Origin: Chloroflexota bacterium
GTDB taxonomy: Bacteria > Chloroflexota > Limnocylindria > Limnocylindrales > CSP1-4
DNA: 64,000 nucleotides
NCBI GenBank assembly: GCA_003171065.1
Contig: PMXQ01000112.1
Span: forward strand, 1,076-65,075
Direction: 5' to 3'
The notes under the pieces are model-generated. The model was given only the letters and a program-made list of their open reading frames with translations, searched no databases and was not told the origin of the DNA. Both the position numbers and the translations under genes were made by a program. Positions 1 through 8,712 of this stretch are shown piece after piece. How positions within the stretch are numbered: the first letter of the stretch is position 1; each line of letters begins with the position of its first letter.

Positions 1-121
1 ACGCAACAGGTATGGGGGCCATCACGTCGAACCCGCAGGGGTCCGTTGTGACCCCGCAATAGGCGCACGGGTCGTTCGTGATGGCGTTGTTGGATCGGAG
101 ACGCGGGTTGTTCGTGGTCAT
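1..121 (-). CDS. Hypothetical protein, N-terminal part only (continues past the left edge)
   Basis: Own translation. The ATG at 121..119 overlaps the stop of ORF 118..327 (ATGA coupling). The visible peptide is MTTNNPRLRSNNAITNDPCAYCGVTTDPCGF. Confidence 0.3.
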   Translation of the reverse strand, partial: MTTNNPRLRSNNAITNDPCAYCGVTTDPCGFDVMAPIPVA

Positions 122-327
122 GCTCGATTCCTTTCCGTTGGTGTGTCGCAGATGTCGCAGGTCCAGCCCTTGCCCTCCCGGCGATGGCTAGCCTGATGGG
201 AGTGATAGGCGCCACAGCGGACGTTCGTCTCGGCGTCGAATGGACGGGCCTCGACGGTCGCTTCGGGAGCGTCGGTCGGCTGGTTTGTGACGGTCGAGAG
301 ATGTGTGTTTGTCGGGTTAGTCGTCAT
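118..327 (-). CDS. Hypothetical small protein (Cys/His-rich C-terminus)
   Basis: 69-aa ORF coupled by 4-nt overlaps to both neighbours. No recognisable domain. Confidence 0.4.
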   Translation of the reverse strand: MTTNPTNTHLSTVTNQPTDAPEATVEARPFDAETNVRCGAYHSHQASHRREGKGWTCDICDTPTERNRA

Positions 328-821
328 GCCGGGGCTCCTTCCATCGAGAAGTCCAGGAGGCTGTAGTGGGGCTCCTTCGACAGCTTCTTAGTGCAGCCAT
401 CCTGGTGATACGCCATGAACTTCACGATCCCCAGCCGCGACGTGACGATCACGAGAGGGTCACATTGGCAGCTATAGCGCGAGATAGAGTCGAGATGGCT
501 GTGACTGAGCGCGAGGACCGAGGTGTCCGTCGTCGGCGGCGCAGCCGCGATGTCTCGCTCGGTTGTGGCTTTCATGTAGGACATCGACTCCCACATGTCC
601 TCGACCACTTCCGGCTTGCACTGGCACTCGGCATGGCGAGCGACAACGCGGTCAATGGCAAATCGGAGAGTGTCGCCGTTGCCTCCGAGATGCTCGGCCG
701 TAGTCACTCCGTGCTGGCAATCGAAGACGATCCGCTCGGTGTCGTCGGCCCGGTAGAGGATGGTTAGGGTTGGCCTCGCGGGAGCAGCCTGTCGCCGCTC
801 CCGTGCCTTGCGCGCGTTCAT
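324..821 (-). CDS. Hypothetical protein
   Basis: 165-aa ORF immediately downstream of the iteron array, on the same strand as the rep gene. No recognisable domain. Confidence 0.5.
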   Translation of the reverse strand: MNARKARERRQAAPARPTLTILYRADDTERIVFDCQHGVTTAEHLGGNGDTLRFAIDRVVARHAECQCKPEVVEDMWESMSYMKATTERDIAAAPPTTDTSVLALSHSHLDSISRYSCQCDPLVIVTSRLGIVKFMAYHQDGCTKKLSKEPHYSLLDFSMEGAPA

Positions 822-868
822 GGCTTCACGTCTACCATCGCCGCATCGCGCGTGTGCGGCGATGGTTT

Positions 869-1033
869 CCAGTCCAGTCCACGAGTCCAGTCCACTCTTA
901 TAGTGGTGTGGACTGTGGACTCTTGCGGACGCAACCGTGGACTAACCGTGGACTTTCGTGGACTAGGCGTGGACTCCACGCACGGGAGGCCGTGGACTGA
1001 CCGTGGATTGAGGCCGTGGACTCGGCGTGGACT
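869..1033. repeat. Iteron-like array of the heptamer GTGGACT
   Basis: Direct copies start at 908, 915, 937, 948, 958, 969, 992, 1003 (GTGGATT), 1016 and 1027. Four inverted copies (AGTCCA) lie in 869..895 across the A/T-rich centre tcttatagtg. Spacing is mostly 10-13 bp. Confidence 0.85.
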
Positions 1034-2466
1034 CATTCGACGCTCTCCAGTCCGGCTTCCGTGAGACTCAGCGGCGTACCTTCGGCGATCATTCCGTCAT
1101 GCCGCAGCCGTGCCAAGACCTTGTAGGTGCCCGAGCGAGAGAGCCCGAGAGCCGTTACCAGGCCGTCAGCGGATGTCGCCCCGGCTGCGATGGCTCGTAG
1201 GACGCGGTCATCTGCCGTCGTCTCGGCGTGATCCTCGCCGACGGCGACGGTCTGCCATATCCCGCCCCGCTGGGCCAGGACAAGGCTCGACGGTGGCACA
1301 CGCTTTCGTACCGTCCATTGCGCGCGCCCGGCACCTAGGTCGGTCATGACGGCGACCATGTCGGCTGATCGGGTCCACTGTCCCATAACGTCGGCCAGGG
1401 CCGAGCCGTGGCGGGTGTGGCCGTTCTCTCGGGGTGGTTTGGTCAGGTGGACGCACACGAGGATGGAGCAGCCGTACTCGACGATCAGGCTCCGCAGGAA
1501 GCGGATAGCATCCTTGAAGCTCGATCCCCACTCATCCCCGACCATAAGTCCACCCGTATCGAGGATCACCAGGTCGGGTCGGATGCGGGCTATCTCACCC
1601 CGGAGCCACCTCTGCTGCTCGGGGCGGGTGAGGTTCATCCCGGCAAAGCTCAGCCGGAAGTAGTCGGTCAGGTCCGCTCGGGTGAGCCCGAGGGCCGCGA
1701 GAATGATGTCCTCGCGGCGGTACTCCTCGGCGTCGCCGTTCTCCTCGTCAAGGACCATGACGCGGCCTCTCCGGGGAATGTCGTAGTGGTCGAATAGGGC
1801 ACCGGTCCCGGTGGCGTAGCGGATGCCCAATTCGCACCGGGCCTGAGACTTGCCCACACCTTCGGGGCTGGCGAGGATGTCCAACGATTTGGGGCGAAGG
1901 AAGTCAATAACTTGCCAGGTGTCCATGTCCGCCGGTGCCTCCAAGTCGGAGGCTGGGCGGAAGTGCTCACGGACCGATGCCACGGCCGTCGGAGGCGTGG
2001 CCACGGCTGACAATGCCGCCTGAAGGTTGTCGAGCCGGAACGCGAATTCGTCAGCACCGGCGTTGCCCTGCTGTGCCTCAATCACCTGCGCGGCGGCCGT
2101 GACGAGCCGCCTCCGACGAGATGCCTCAGCGACGAGCTTTGCATAGGCCGGGTAGTTCAAGGAGTTTGGGCAGGCTGTCGCCAGCAAGGTCAAGTAAGCC
2201 GGATCGCCGACGCCGTTGAGCCGGGCCGCGACCGTCACCACGTCAGGCTTCGAGCCCGACGTGTACACCTCGGTCATTGCCGAGAAGATCGCGCGATGCT
2301 GGGGCGTGGCGAAATCGTCCGACTGGACGACAGCCATAACCTCAGCGATGCAGACCGGCAGAATGAGCACGGCGCCGAGGAGCGCCTGCTCTACCTCGGT
2401 GGACTTGCGGTCCTGAGAAGCGGTATGATCGGCGCAGTGGGCACCGACGGCAGAAGCGGTGCCCAT
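1033..2466 (-). CDS. Replication protein: DnaB N-terminal-like domain + RepA/AAA_25-like P-loop ATPase + C-terminal winged HTH
   Basis: The N-terminus EQALLGAVLILPVCIAEVMAVVQSDDFATPQHRAIFSAM..PDVVTVAARL matches the DnaB_N pattern. Walker A is PEGVGKS and the Walker B-like motif is LVILDTGG. The C-terminus ADGLVTALGLSRSGTYKVLARLRHDGMI is MarR-like. Confidence 0.8.
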   Translation of the reverse strand: MGTASAVGAHCADHTASQDRKSTEVEQALLGAVLILPVCIAEVMAVVQSDDFATPQHRAIFSAMTEVYTSGSKPDVVTVAARLNGVGDPAYLTLLATACPNSLNYPAYAKLVAEASRRRRLVTAAAQVIEAQQGNAGADEFAFRLDNLQAALSAVATPPTAVASVREHFRPASDLEAPADMDTWQVIDFLRPKSLDILASPEGVGKSQARCELGIRYATGTGALFDHYDIPRRGRVMVLDEENGDAEEYRREDIILAALGLTRADLTDYFRLSFAGMNLTRPEQQRWLRGEIARIRPDLVILDTGGLMVGDEWGSSFKDAIRFLRSLIVEYGCSILVCVHLTKPPRENGHTRHGSALADVMGQWTRSADMVAVMTDLGAGRAQWTVRKRVPPSSLVLAQRGGIWQTVAVGEDHAETTADDRVLRAIAAGATSADGLVTALGLSRSGTYKVLARLRHDGMIAEGTPLSLTEAGLESVE

Positions 2467-2467
2467 T

Positions 2468-2677
2468 TCATTTGTCCGCTTCCTGGCGCGCCGCCGCTTC
2501 TCTTGCCTGCTTCTCAGCGCGCCGTCGCGCGCCCGCTGCCCGATTCGCGACTATTGCGAGATCGGTCATGTGCCGCATTTGGGCCCGCCTCTGGTCCGGC
2601 GTCAGGCGGTCCCATCTCAGGCGCACGAGCGCGCGACCAGGGTTGAAGTCCTGGTCAGTCATCACTCGGCCGGCCAT
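2468..2677 (-). CDS. Hypothetical small basic protein
   Basis: 69-aa ORF that ends 1 nt before the rep start. Arg-rich, so it could be a high-GC artefact. Confidence 0.35.
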   Translation of the reverse strand: MAGRVMTDQDFNPGRALVRLRWDRLTPDQRRAQMRHMTDLAIVANRAAGARRRAEKQAREAAARQEADK

Positions 2678-2855
2678 TCTCGATGGCCGCCAAGCGGCGG
2701 TCGATGTCCCTCAGCGCGTCCGCGATTGCTAGCAACACCTCAGGGAACGAATCAGTCGGATGACCGACTGCGAATTCGCGGGTTGCTTCGGCGGCCCGGA
2801 ATGCCTTTGTACTCTCGGTGAACTGGGGTGAACGAGGGGTCTTGCTGTCTGTCAC
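2655..2855 (-). CDS. Hypothetical small protein
   Basis: 66-aa ORF at the head of the minus-strand operon, next to the AT-richer divergent intergenic region. Confidence 0.4.
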   Translation of the reverse strand: MTDSKTPRSPQFTESTKAFRAAEATREFAVGHPTDSFPEVLLAIADALRDIDRRLAAIENGRPSDD

Positions 2856-3268
2856 TAAACCTCGATACGAGTTTGAATGAGTTGCCTGCCGATACGTCGC
2901 TGGTTCGGCGCACGTAGGGTAAGTATAGTCCTAACGCAGGAGGCACCGATTCACGCCCTACGCGGTCTGTCAAGTCCCCCGCGTGAAATCGGTCCGTTTG
3001 AGCGTGAACTGCCCAGGATGCGCGCCATACTTCCCGGAGAAACCGCCGGACCGCCGCCGAAACAAACCCGGCCGCTCCGGGCGCTGCCCAGATGGCTGAC
3101 ATGCCTTCGCTGGAGTACGACGAAACCTGCAACCTGGCAGACGGCGTACCATTAAGCGCAAGTGACGCAACAGTGACAGCGGCCGTTCGTCACTGACGGC
3201 CGCACCGTTCGGGGTCGGTTTGTTCCTCCCAACGGACCGACCCCACACCTCACACAACTAGGAGTTGA

Positions 3269-3487
3269 ATGACGAACGACGCATCGAGAGTCACACCGAA
3301 CGGTCCAGCACAGGACGGCAGCTACTCCTCGGACTCGGCACCGAACATTCCGCCGACTGGCACCCCGGCCCCAGTGGTAAACAAGCCCGCGTTCACACCC
3401 GCACCCGTGCCTCCAGAGGCTCAACAGTTGGCTCAGGCGACGAACACAGCATCATCGTCACCGCAGGGCGGTGACGATGATGACTGA
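3269..3487 (+). CDS. Hypothetical low-complexity (Pro/Ala/Thr-rich) protein
   Basis: The ATG is preceded by ctaGGAGttga. 72 aa ending in an acidic DDDD tail. Confidence 0.3.
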   Translation: MTNDASRVTPNGPAQDGSYSSDSAPNIPPTGTPAPVVNKPAFTPAPVPPEAQQLAQATNTASSSPQGGDDDD

Positions 3488-3701
3488 CTCGGGCCGCCGA
3501 CCAGATAGCAACGGTAATTTCGGCACGACCAGACAGCCTCTACCTAATCCCGGCATTCGGCCGCCCGTCTTGCCTGGAAGCCTCGTCCAAATTGACAACC
3601 GCCAGGCGGACACGCCCGGGGTCGTATTTGTCGATCAAGCCGCGCTTGCCGCTCTCCAGGCGACGCCGGTCACTGGAATGAGGAACCGGCACCCCCGCTG
3701 A
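3471..3701 (+). CDS. Hypothetical protein
   Basis: 76-aa ORF overlapping the previous one through ATGATGATGA. Confidence 0.25.
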   Translation: MTMMTDSGRRPDSNGNFGTTRQPLPNPGIRPPVLPGSLVQIDNRQADTPGVVFVDQAALAALQATPVTGMRNRHPR

Positions 3702-3969
3702 ACCACCGTCAAGGCCGATAGGATGATCGAGAGCCAGGGCTGCCATCAAGGACAGTCAAGCTCAAGGGCCATCGACGCCAGATGACAGGACAGCCAGGAA
3801 TCCAGAATGAGGGAGCCCCACAACCTTGGGAGAAGGCCGCTCCGACGCGCCCGGGCCCCGCAGTAGCCAGCGCCCACAGACCCTAGACATCCACGCCATC
3901 CGACGGAGATCGCCCGTCCTGTGCCGCCATACTGCACCCGGGCGGCTCGACCCACGACCCGGGCCGCCC

Positions 3970-4830
3970 TCAACGCGCAGGCGCGGAATGCTCGATGGGG
4001 GGTTTCTCGAAGTCCGACTCTTGGAGAGGACCGCCGAGCGTGTTTCTTAGGACATAGGCGACGGATTGATACATGCTGTCGGCCAAGCCCTCAAGTGGGC
4101 TGGAGGTCGCTATCGGGTTCCGAATTGGGCCGCCGCCTTGGAGCGCGACCTCCACAATGACGAAGGCAGAGAGGTGTTCGGTCGGGTCGAGTTCGAGCGG
4201 GACTCGCACAACTTCGCTGCCGTTCTCGACCACTGCCGGAGTGGCGTGGACAGAATTCACTGCCTCGCGCGACGCACCCACGAGCATCTGTGGGGGCAGC
4301 GTGCCGACCAAGAGAAGCTCACGGTGTTTGTCGGCGTTGTTGATGGCATAGAGAACCGCGAGCGGGTGGTTCAGCCGGGTGGTTTCGTCCGGTCCCTTGT
4401 AGGGCTGCTCCAGGCCGATCCATTTCTGCAATCGCTTGGACAAGAAGCAGACGCCCGGGGGGTACGGCCGCGCGCCGGTCTTCTTTCCCGGCCAAAGATG
4501 GCCAGGGTCAACCCAGATAGGGAACTCAACCGACTGGGCCTCTTTGTCGGTGAGGTGGCGCCCTTGGAGAAGCTGGGAAAGCTCGAAGACGGCATGGTCG
4601 AGGGCTCCTCGGAGGTTGTGGACCAGGTCCCCGAGGATTAGCGATAGTTCGTGATCGGGGTTCCGCTCCATGACGGCGTAAGCGAACCGCTCCCCTGCCT
4701 CCAGATCAACGTCGGTTACGATGCGATACGGGTGCGAGTTCTTGAACCGCTCCACTTCGTACTTGAGCGACTCCAGGTGTTTGCCTGCGCGGACCAGCTT
4801 CAGGCTCGCACTTTCCAATGGACTAGCCAC
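3970..4830 (-). CDS. Hypothetical protein with an Rx4H (HEPN-like) motif
   Basis: Motif LGDLVHNLRGALDHAVFEL (R-x4-H). A second conserved-looking patch is NNADKHRELL. The proposed start is GTG at 4830, preceded by gagaggcggg; the track ORF extends to 4923. Confidence 0.5.
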   Translation of the reverse strand: MASPLESASLKLVRAGKHLESLKYEVERFKNSHPYRIVTDVDLEAGERFAYAVMERNPDHELSLILGDLVHNLRGALDHAVFELSQLLQGRHLTDKEAQSVEFPIWVDPGHLWPGKKTGARPYPPGVCFLSKRLQKWIGLEQPYKGPDETTRLNHPLAVLYAINNADKHRELLLVGTLPPQMLVGASREAVNSVHATPAVVENGSEVVRVPLELDPTEHLSAFVIVEVALQGGGPIRNPIATSSPLEGLADSMYQSVAYVLRNTLGGPLQESDFEKPPIEHSAPAR

Positions 4831-5001
4831 GGTGTTACCCGCCTCTCGTGGGCAGCAAGCGCAAGGCCCCAAGGCCGTGCAGCCCGTCCAGACTACGCCG
4901 ACCGGGTGGCCGCCTTCGACCACGACGCGGGCGGGTGGATCGAGCCGGACGCGACCGGCTGGCAGGGGTTCGATCTGGTGCCGGTCGGCTCGTGCTAGAC
5001 G

Positions 5002-5760
5002 GTGCAGGTACGGTCAGCCAAGGCCAGTCAGTCCTGCGACAATCAAGGCATGGGGAAACAGGGGCGTTGGATCGTAGTCCTGGTCGCAGGCATCGGGTTG
5101 GTGCTTGGTTTCGTGGTCGCGGCGCTGCTGGGCGTTCGCATTACGGACCCAGCCGTTCAGGGCGCAGTGGTAGGTGCCGTCGCGGGCATCGCTGGTGGAT
5201 TCGTTGGTGCCGCCGTCGGGGCGTGGGCGAGCCGCGACATAGCTAATCGGACCATCGCCGATGCCCGAGAGGCCCGATGGGAGGCCCGTCAGGATGCTAA
5301 GGACGCGCTATTCCTGCAGGAGCGGCGAGCAGCCATCGTCGCGGCTCTGGCGTCGGGAGATGCTGCGGTAAGCGAGGCAAAGCGCGTGGCGCATCAGGTG
5401 GACGAGCCAAACAGCCCGCCCCCCCGGCCGGACCTTCTCGACGACTTTCGCAAAGCCTGGATGGAGTTGACCTTGCTGGCACCGGATGTCACGTCGGGTT
5501 ACGGCTCGGCCTTTTCCGAATCTACCGTCGAGGTCGCTATGGCCTACACGAACTGGGCCCACGAGCAGATCGCAGACGTGAGGGCGGGCACTGACCTGTC
5601 ACCGTTGCCACGATCAATCAGCGAGGCCGAGACGAAGCTCAACGATGCCCTAGCCACCTTTATGGTGGCTGCAATGGCGTCCCTTGGCGTCCTGGGCTAC
5701 GCGCAGCCCCCCGATGTCGAGCCGCCGTCCGAGGGGCGATCCGCGCCCGCTCCGAATTGA
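5002..5760 (+). CDS. Membrane-anchored hypothetical protein
   Basis: Two N-terminal hydrophobic helices (WIVVLVAGIGLVLGFVVAALLG and AVVGAVAGIAGGFVGAAVGAW). The likely true start is ATG 5050. Confidence 0.5.
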   Translation: MQVRSAKASQSCDNQGMGKQGRWIVVLVAGIGLVLGFVVAALLGVRITDPAVQGAVVGAVAGIAGGFVGAAVGAWASRDIANRTIADAREARWEARQDAKDALFLQERRAAIVAALASGDAAVSEAKRVAHQVDEPNSPPPRPDLLDDFRKAWMELTLLAPDVTSGYGSAFSESTVEVAMAYTNWAHEQIADVRAGTDLSPLPRSISEAETKLNDALATFMVAAMASLGVLGYAQPPDVEPPSEGRSAPAPN

Positions 5761-5871
5761 GTGCCGGTCAGATAAGCGGCAAGTGAGCAGCTGCGTCGGG
5801 GATCTACTCGGCCGGGCCCAGTGTGATGCGCGCATACTGTGTTGGCGTTGAGGCCTAGCGGGAGGTGGCGC

Positions 5872-6621
5872 ATGCATGGGTGGCAGGCGTGCCCGAGGTG
5901 CGGCGCACCTGTCGCCGCAGATGCGGCGTGGTGCGGCCGGTGCGGTTTGCAGCGCGGGCCCGCCGTCCCGCCAATCGCTCCGCCTGCCTACACGCCACCG
6001 CCGTCCCGGCGGCGCGGCCTGTCCCGAGGAGCGAAGGTCGGGACGGCCATTGCCGTCGTCGTAGCGGTCATCGTCCTGGTAACGATAGGGGGAACCGTCG
6101 GCACGAACCAGGGGACGAGCAATGCCCCAAGTTACCCGCCGTCGTTTGGGCCGCCCAACGCTGGGGAGACCGCGACTGGGGCGGCGACGACCGGAGCGTG
6201 CCCGACAGGGATCTCGGCGTGCGGCATGGGCGACGGCGTGACGATCCTCGTTTCCAACATTGACCGCAACTTCCAGCCCCAGGTGCCTTCCTTCGCTGCC
6301 AGTTTCGCCGTACCGGAGCAAGGTTTCCATTGGCTTCGCCTGGAGGTCACCGTCGTGGTGAACACAGGCCAACTGCATCTAGAACCCTTCGGCTTCAACA
6401 TACAGGACGCCGTCGGCCAAGACGGTCCCGACCTCGGTGGCCTGGATGACCCGCGATGCACGATCTCGGCCACTGGCGGCATTTACGGTCCAGGCGAACA
6501 ACTCGGACCTACCCCGCTCTGCTTCCAGGTCGCCGGTCCCGTTGATGGCCCGCTCACCTTGATCTGGTTCCCCACCGAACTGACTGGCCCCCAGTCGGCC
6601 GTGCAGATCAAGCTACCCTGA
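5872..6621 (+). CDS. Zinc-ribbon / TM / Ig-like (DUF4352-like) extracytoplasmic domain protein
   Basis: CPRCGAPVAADAAWCGRCG zinc ribbon, then TM helix GTAIAVVVAVIVLVTIGG, then a beta-rich C-terminal domain. The ATG at 5872 is preceded by GGGAGGTGG. Confidence 0.6.
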   Translation: MHGWQACPRCGAPVAADAAWCGRCGLQRGPAVPPIAPPAYTPPPSRRRGLSRGAKVGTAIAVVVAVIVLVTIGGTVGTNQGTSNAPSYPPSFGPPNAGETATGAATTGACPTGISACGMGDGVTILVSNIDRNFQPQVPSFAASFAVPEQGFHWLRLEVTVVVNTGQLHLEPFGFNIQDAVGQDGPDLGGLDDPRCTISATGGIYGPGEQLGPTPLCFQVAGPVDGPLTLIWFPTELTGPQSAVQIKLP

Positions 6622-6669
6622 GGCACCGATACGCCCGATTGGGGGACGGCCAGCCTCGGATCATGGGAA

Positions 6670-7176
6670 CTACTGCGGCGTCAGGAAGGCCGACCAGGGG
6701 CCCGTGCAGTTCAGGAGTCCCGATCTGTCCTCCTGGAGCACATACGTCCCCGCCGGGACGCCCGTCCAGTCGGTCGAACCCGAGTAGTCTTGCGCCTCCG
6801 GCATGATCGCGCCCGGCACGTCCTCGACGGTTGGCCCATTGATCTTGGTGGCGAGGAACAGGTAGAAGACGCAACCGGCTGAGTCGGCGGTCATCGTCCA
6901 GGCTACCTCGTACGATCCACCGGCAAGCTTGAAGCTGCTGCTGGCGCCCGTCTTCGTGTTGCCCGTGACGGCAATGGGAGCTTTAGTGGCAGGCGTTGGT
7001 ACCGGTGTCGGCGTGGGCGCCAGTCGCGTGGAGTGCGCGGTAGGCCCGGGCGTCGAGGTTGGCTCGGCGGCGGTCGTCTCCGGCATTCCCGTTGCTGTGG
7101 GCGCCGCCGGACTCGCCCCCGTCGTCGAGCAGCCCATAAGCACGGCGGCGACCAGGGCCAGAAACAGACTGCGCAT
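6670..7176 (-). CDS. Lipoprotein, hypothetical
   Basis: Signal peptide with lipobox MRSLFLALVAAVLMGCSTTG, a Pro/Thr linker and a beta-rich domain. Confidence 0.65.
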   Translation of the reverse strand: MRSLFLALVAAVLMGCSTTGASPAAPTATGMPETTAAEPTSTPGPTAHSTRLAPTPTPVPTPATKAPIAVTGNTKTGASSSFKLAGGSYEVAWTMTADSAGCVFYLFLATKINGPTVEDVPGAIMPEAQDYSGSTDWTGVPAGTYVLQEDRSGLLNCTGPWSAFLTPQ

Positions 7177-7271
7177 CCCCGTTCCCCTTTCCCTGCTGGC
7201 GGACGCCCACCGAGTCTACGTCTCCGTTCCGCTGGGCGGCTACCTCGTTCAGCTTGGCCCTACCGGCCCTG

Positions 7272-7499
7272 TTACCTGACAAACGACCCGAGTGGCACCC
7301 TACCTCGCTCCATCCACTTCGGCGACGGGGTGAAGCACGCCACATGGAAGTAGTGAATCCCGGCGGTCATGGCCTGCGAAGGATGGGGGTCGCCCGCAAG
7401 CTTCACCGTGACGATCTCCTGCGCCCGCACCACGATCTCGTCCGGGTCGAGCAGGTTCGTGTGGCATTGCCTGCATTCCGTTGGCATCATCATCGGCAT
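7272..7499 (-). CDS. Small Cys/His protein, hypothetical
   Basis: The ATG at 7499 is preceded by AGGAGGG. It contains CRQCH...HYFHVAC. The track ORF extends to 7580. Confidence 0.4.
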   Translation of the reverse strand: MPMMMPTECRQCHTNLLDPDEIVVRAQEIVTVKLAGDPHPSQAMTAGIHYFHVACFTPSPKWMERGRVPLGSFVR

Positions 7500-7636
7500 C
7501 CTACGTGCCCTCCTGCTACTCGCGGAGCGCACAAGGCGCACGCCTTCGGTGCACCCCCCACACCCCCGCTCAGAGAGCATACGCTAGCGGCCCCCGGGGC
7601 AAGGGGAACTGTTTGGGTAGGCTGGCGTCCCGCCCA

Positions 7637-8596
7637 CTAAGGAGTGGGCGCCGTGGCTGGCGAAGTGGAACCGTTGATGAGCCAGCTGTGGGCGATGCCC
7701 GCGAGCTCGTCAAGATCGCGATAGCCGCATGGTTTGACACCCCAGCGGGCAAGCTTTACTAGGGTCTGGCCCCGCGAGATCCCGGGCTCGGGTGCCTGGT
7801 TGCAATCGAACACCGCGAGCACCCGCGTCGCATTCTTCATTGTCTCCGGAACGTCGGCGACCTCCTCGATCTGCCCTCCAGACTCGCTCACCTCGAAGAT
7901 GGCGTAGTGGCAGTTGGTCAGAAGCGCTAGCTCGATCTCATCCTCTCCCCAGCCGTCCGGAATGCCGAAGTCAGCTGCCAGAAGCCCGTCGTACCCCCAG
8001 GTCCCTAGTCGGTCGCGAAGCGGACGGTAAGTGCCAACGAGCCGCCCGTAGTTACCCCCGATGAACACCCGCCGTTCAGGTGGCACCTCGATACTGCCCA
8101 CGGTGCGCGGCGTTCCTGAGCCAGCGGATGGCGTCGAGGCCACCAGGGCCGTGTCCGCCCCCAAGATCGCGTAAGGGTCCGGCAAGAGCCGACCTGACCC
8201 GATGAGCGCCCGCACATGGAGCGCAAGCTGGATCAGCGAACCGCCCCCAATGCCGAAGACATAGACGAGGTTGTGGGCGGCTGTCCGGTCGAGTTCGTCG
8301 AACCCTGGGCTCTCCTCGGCGAGGCTCGCGGCGTCCTCGACAAAGGCCGCCAGGGTCGCTCGAAGCGCCTCCTCGCCGCGACCCAACCAGTTGAGGGCCA
8401 AGCCGACGTTGCACAGCGATTCGCCCTTGTGGTAGCGGCGACCTTTGGGCTGGGCTGCAAGGACGAGCCGGTAGGCGGCCTCGAAGCCCTGTGCGGCGAG
8501 CGCAAACTCCTGGGCGGAGAGATGCAATCTGGCATCGTTGGACAGCGCGTCGTGGCGCTCCCGTAGATCCTCGGGCCAGTGCTGTATCAACTGCAC
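7637..8596 (-). CDS. Hypothetical protein: helical (TPR-like) N-terminal region + Rossmann-like C-terminal domain (TIR / nucleoside 2-deoxyribosyltransferase-like by pattern)
   Basis: The C-terminus reads RRVFIGGNYGR...LLAADFGIP...EIELALLTNCHYAIFEVSESGGQIEEV. The start is uncertain: the candidate is GTG 8596, and the track ORF start at 8893 overlaps the XRE gene. Confidence 0.45.
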   Translation of the reverse strand: MQLIQHWPEDLRERHDALSNDARLHLSAQEFALAAQGFEAAYRLVLAAQPKGRRYHKGESLCNVGLALNWLGRGEEALRATLAAFVEDAASLAEESPGFDELDRTAAHNLVYVFGIGGGSLIQLALHVRALIGSGRLLPDPYAILGADTALVASTPSAGSGTPRTVGSIEVPPERRVFIGGNYGRLVGTYRPLRDRLGTWGYDGLLAADFGIPDGWGEDEIELALLTNCHYAIFEVSESGGQIEEVADVPETMKNATRVLAVFDCNQAPEPGISRGQTLVKLARWGVKPCGYRDLDELAGIAHSWLINGSTSPATAPTP

Positions 8597-8712
8597 GCCC
8601 GCAGGATAGCGCCACTCATTCAGCCGCCGTGGCCGCGTAGGACGGCTTGAGCCGCGAGGGACACCCCTGGGTGGCGCAGGTGTCGCTCGGTCGCAGCTGG
8701 CTGCCGCAGCGC

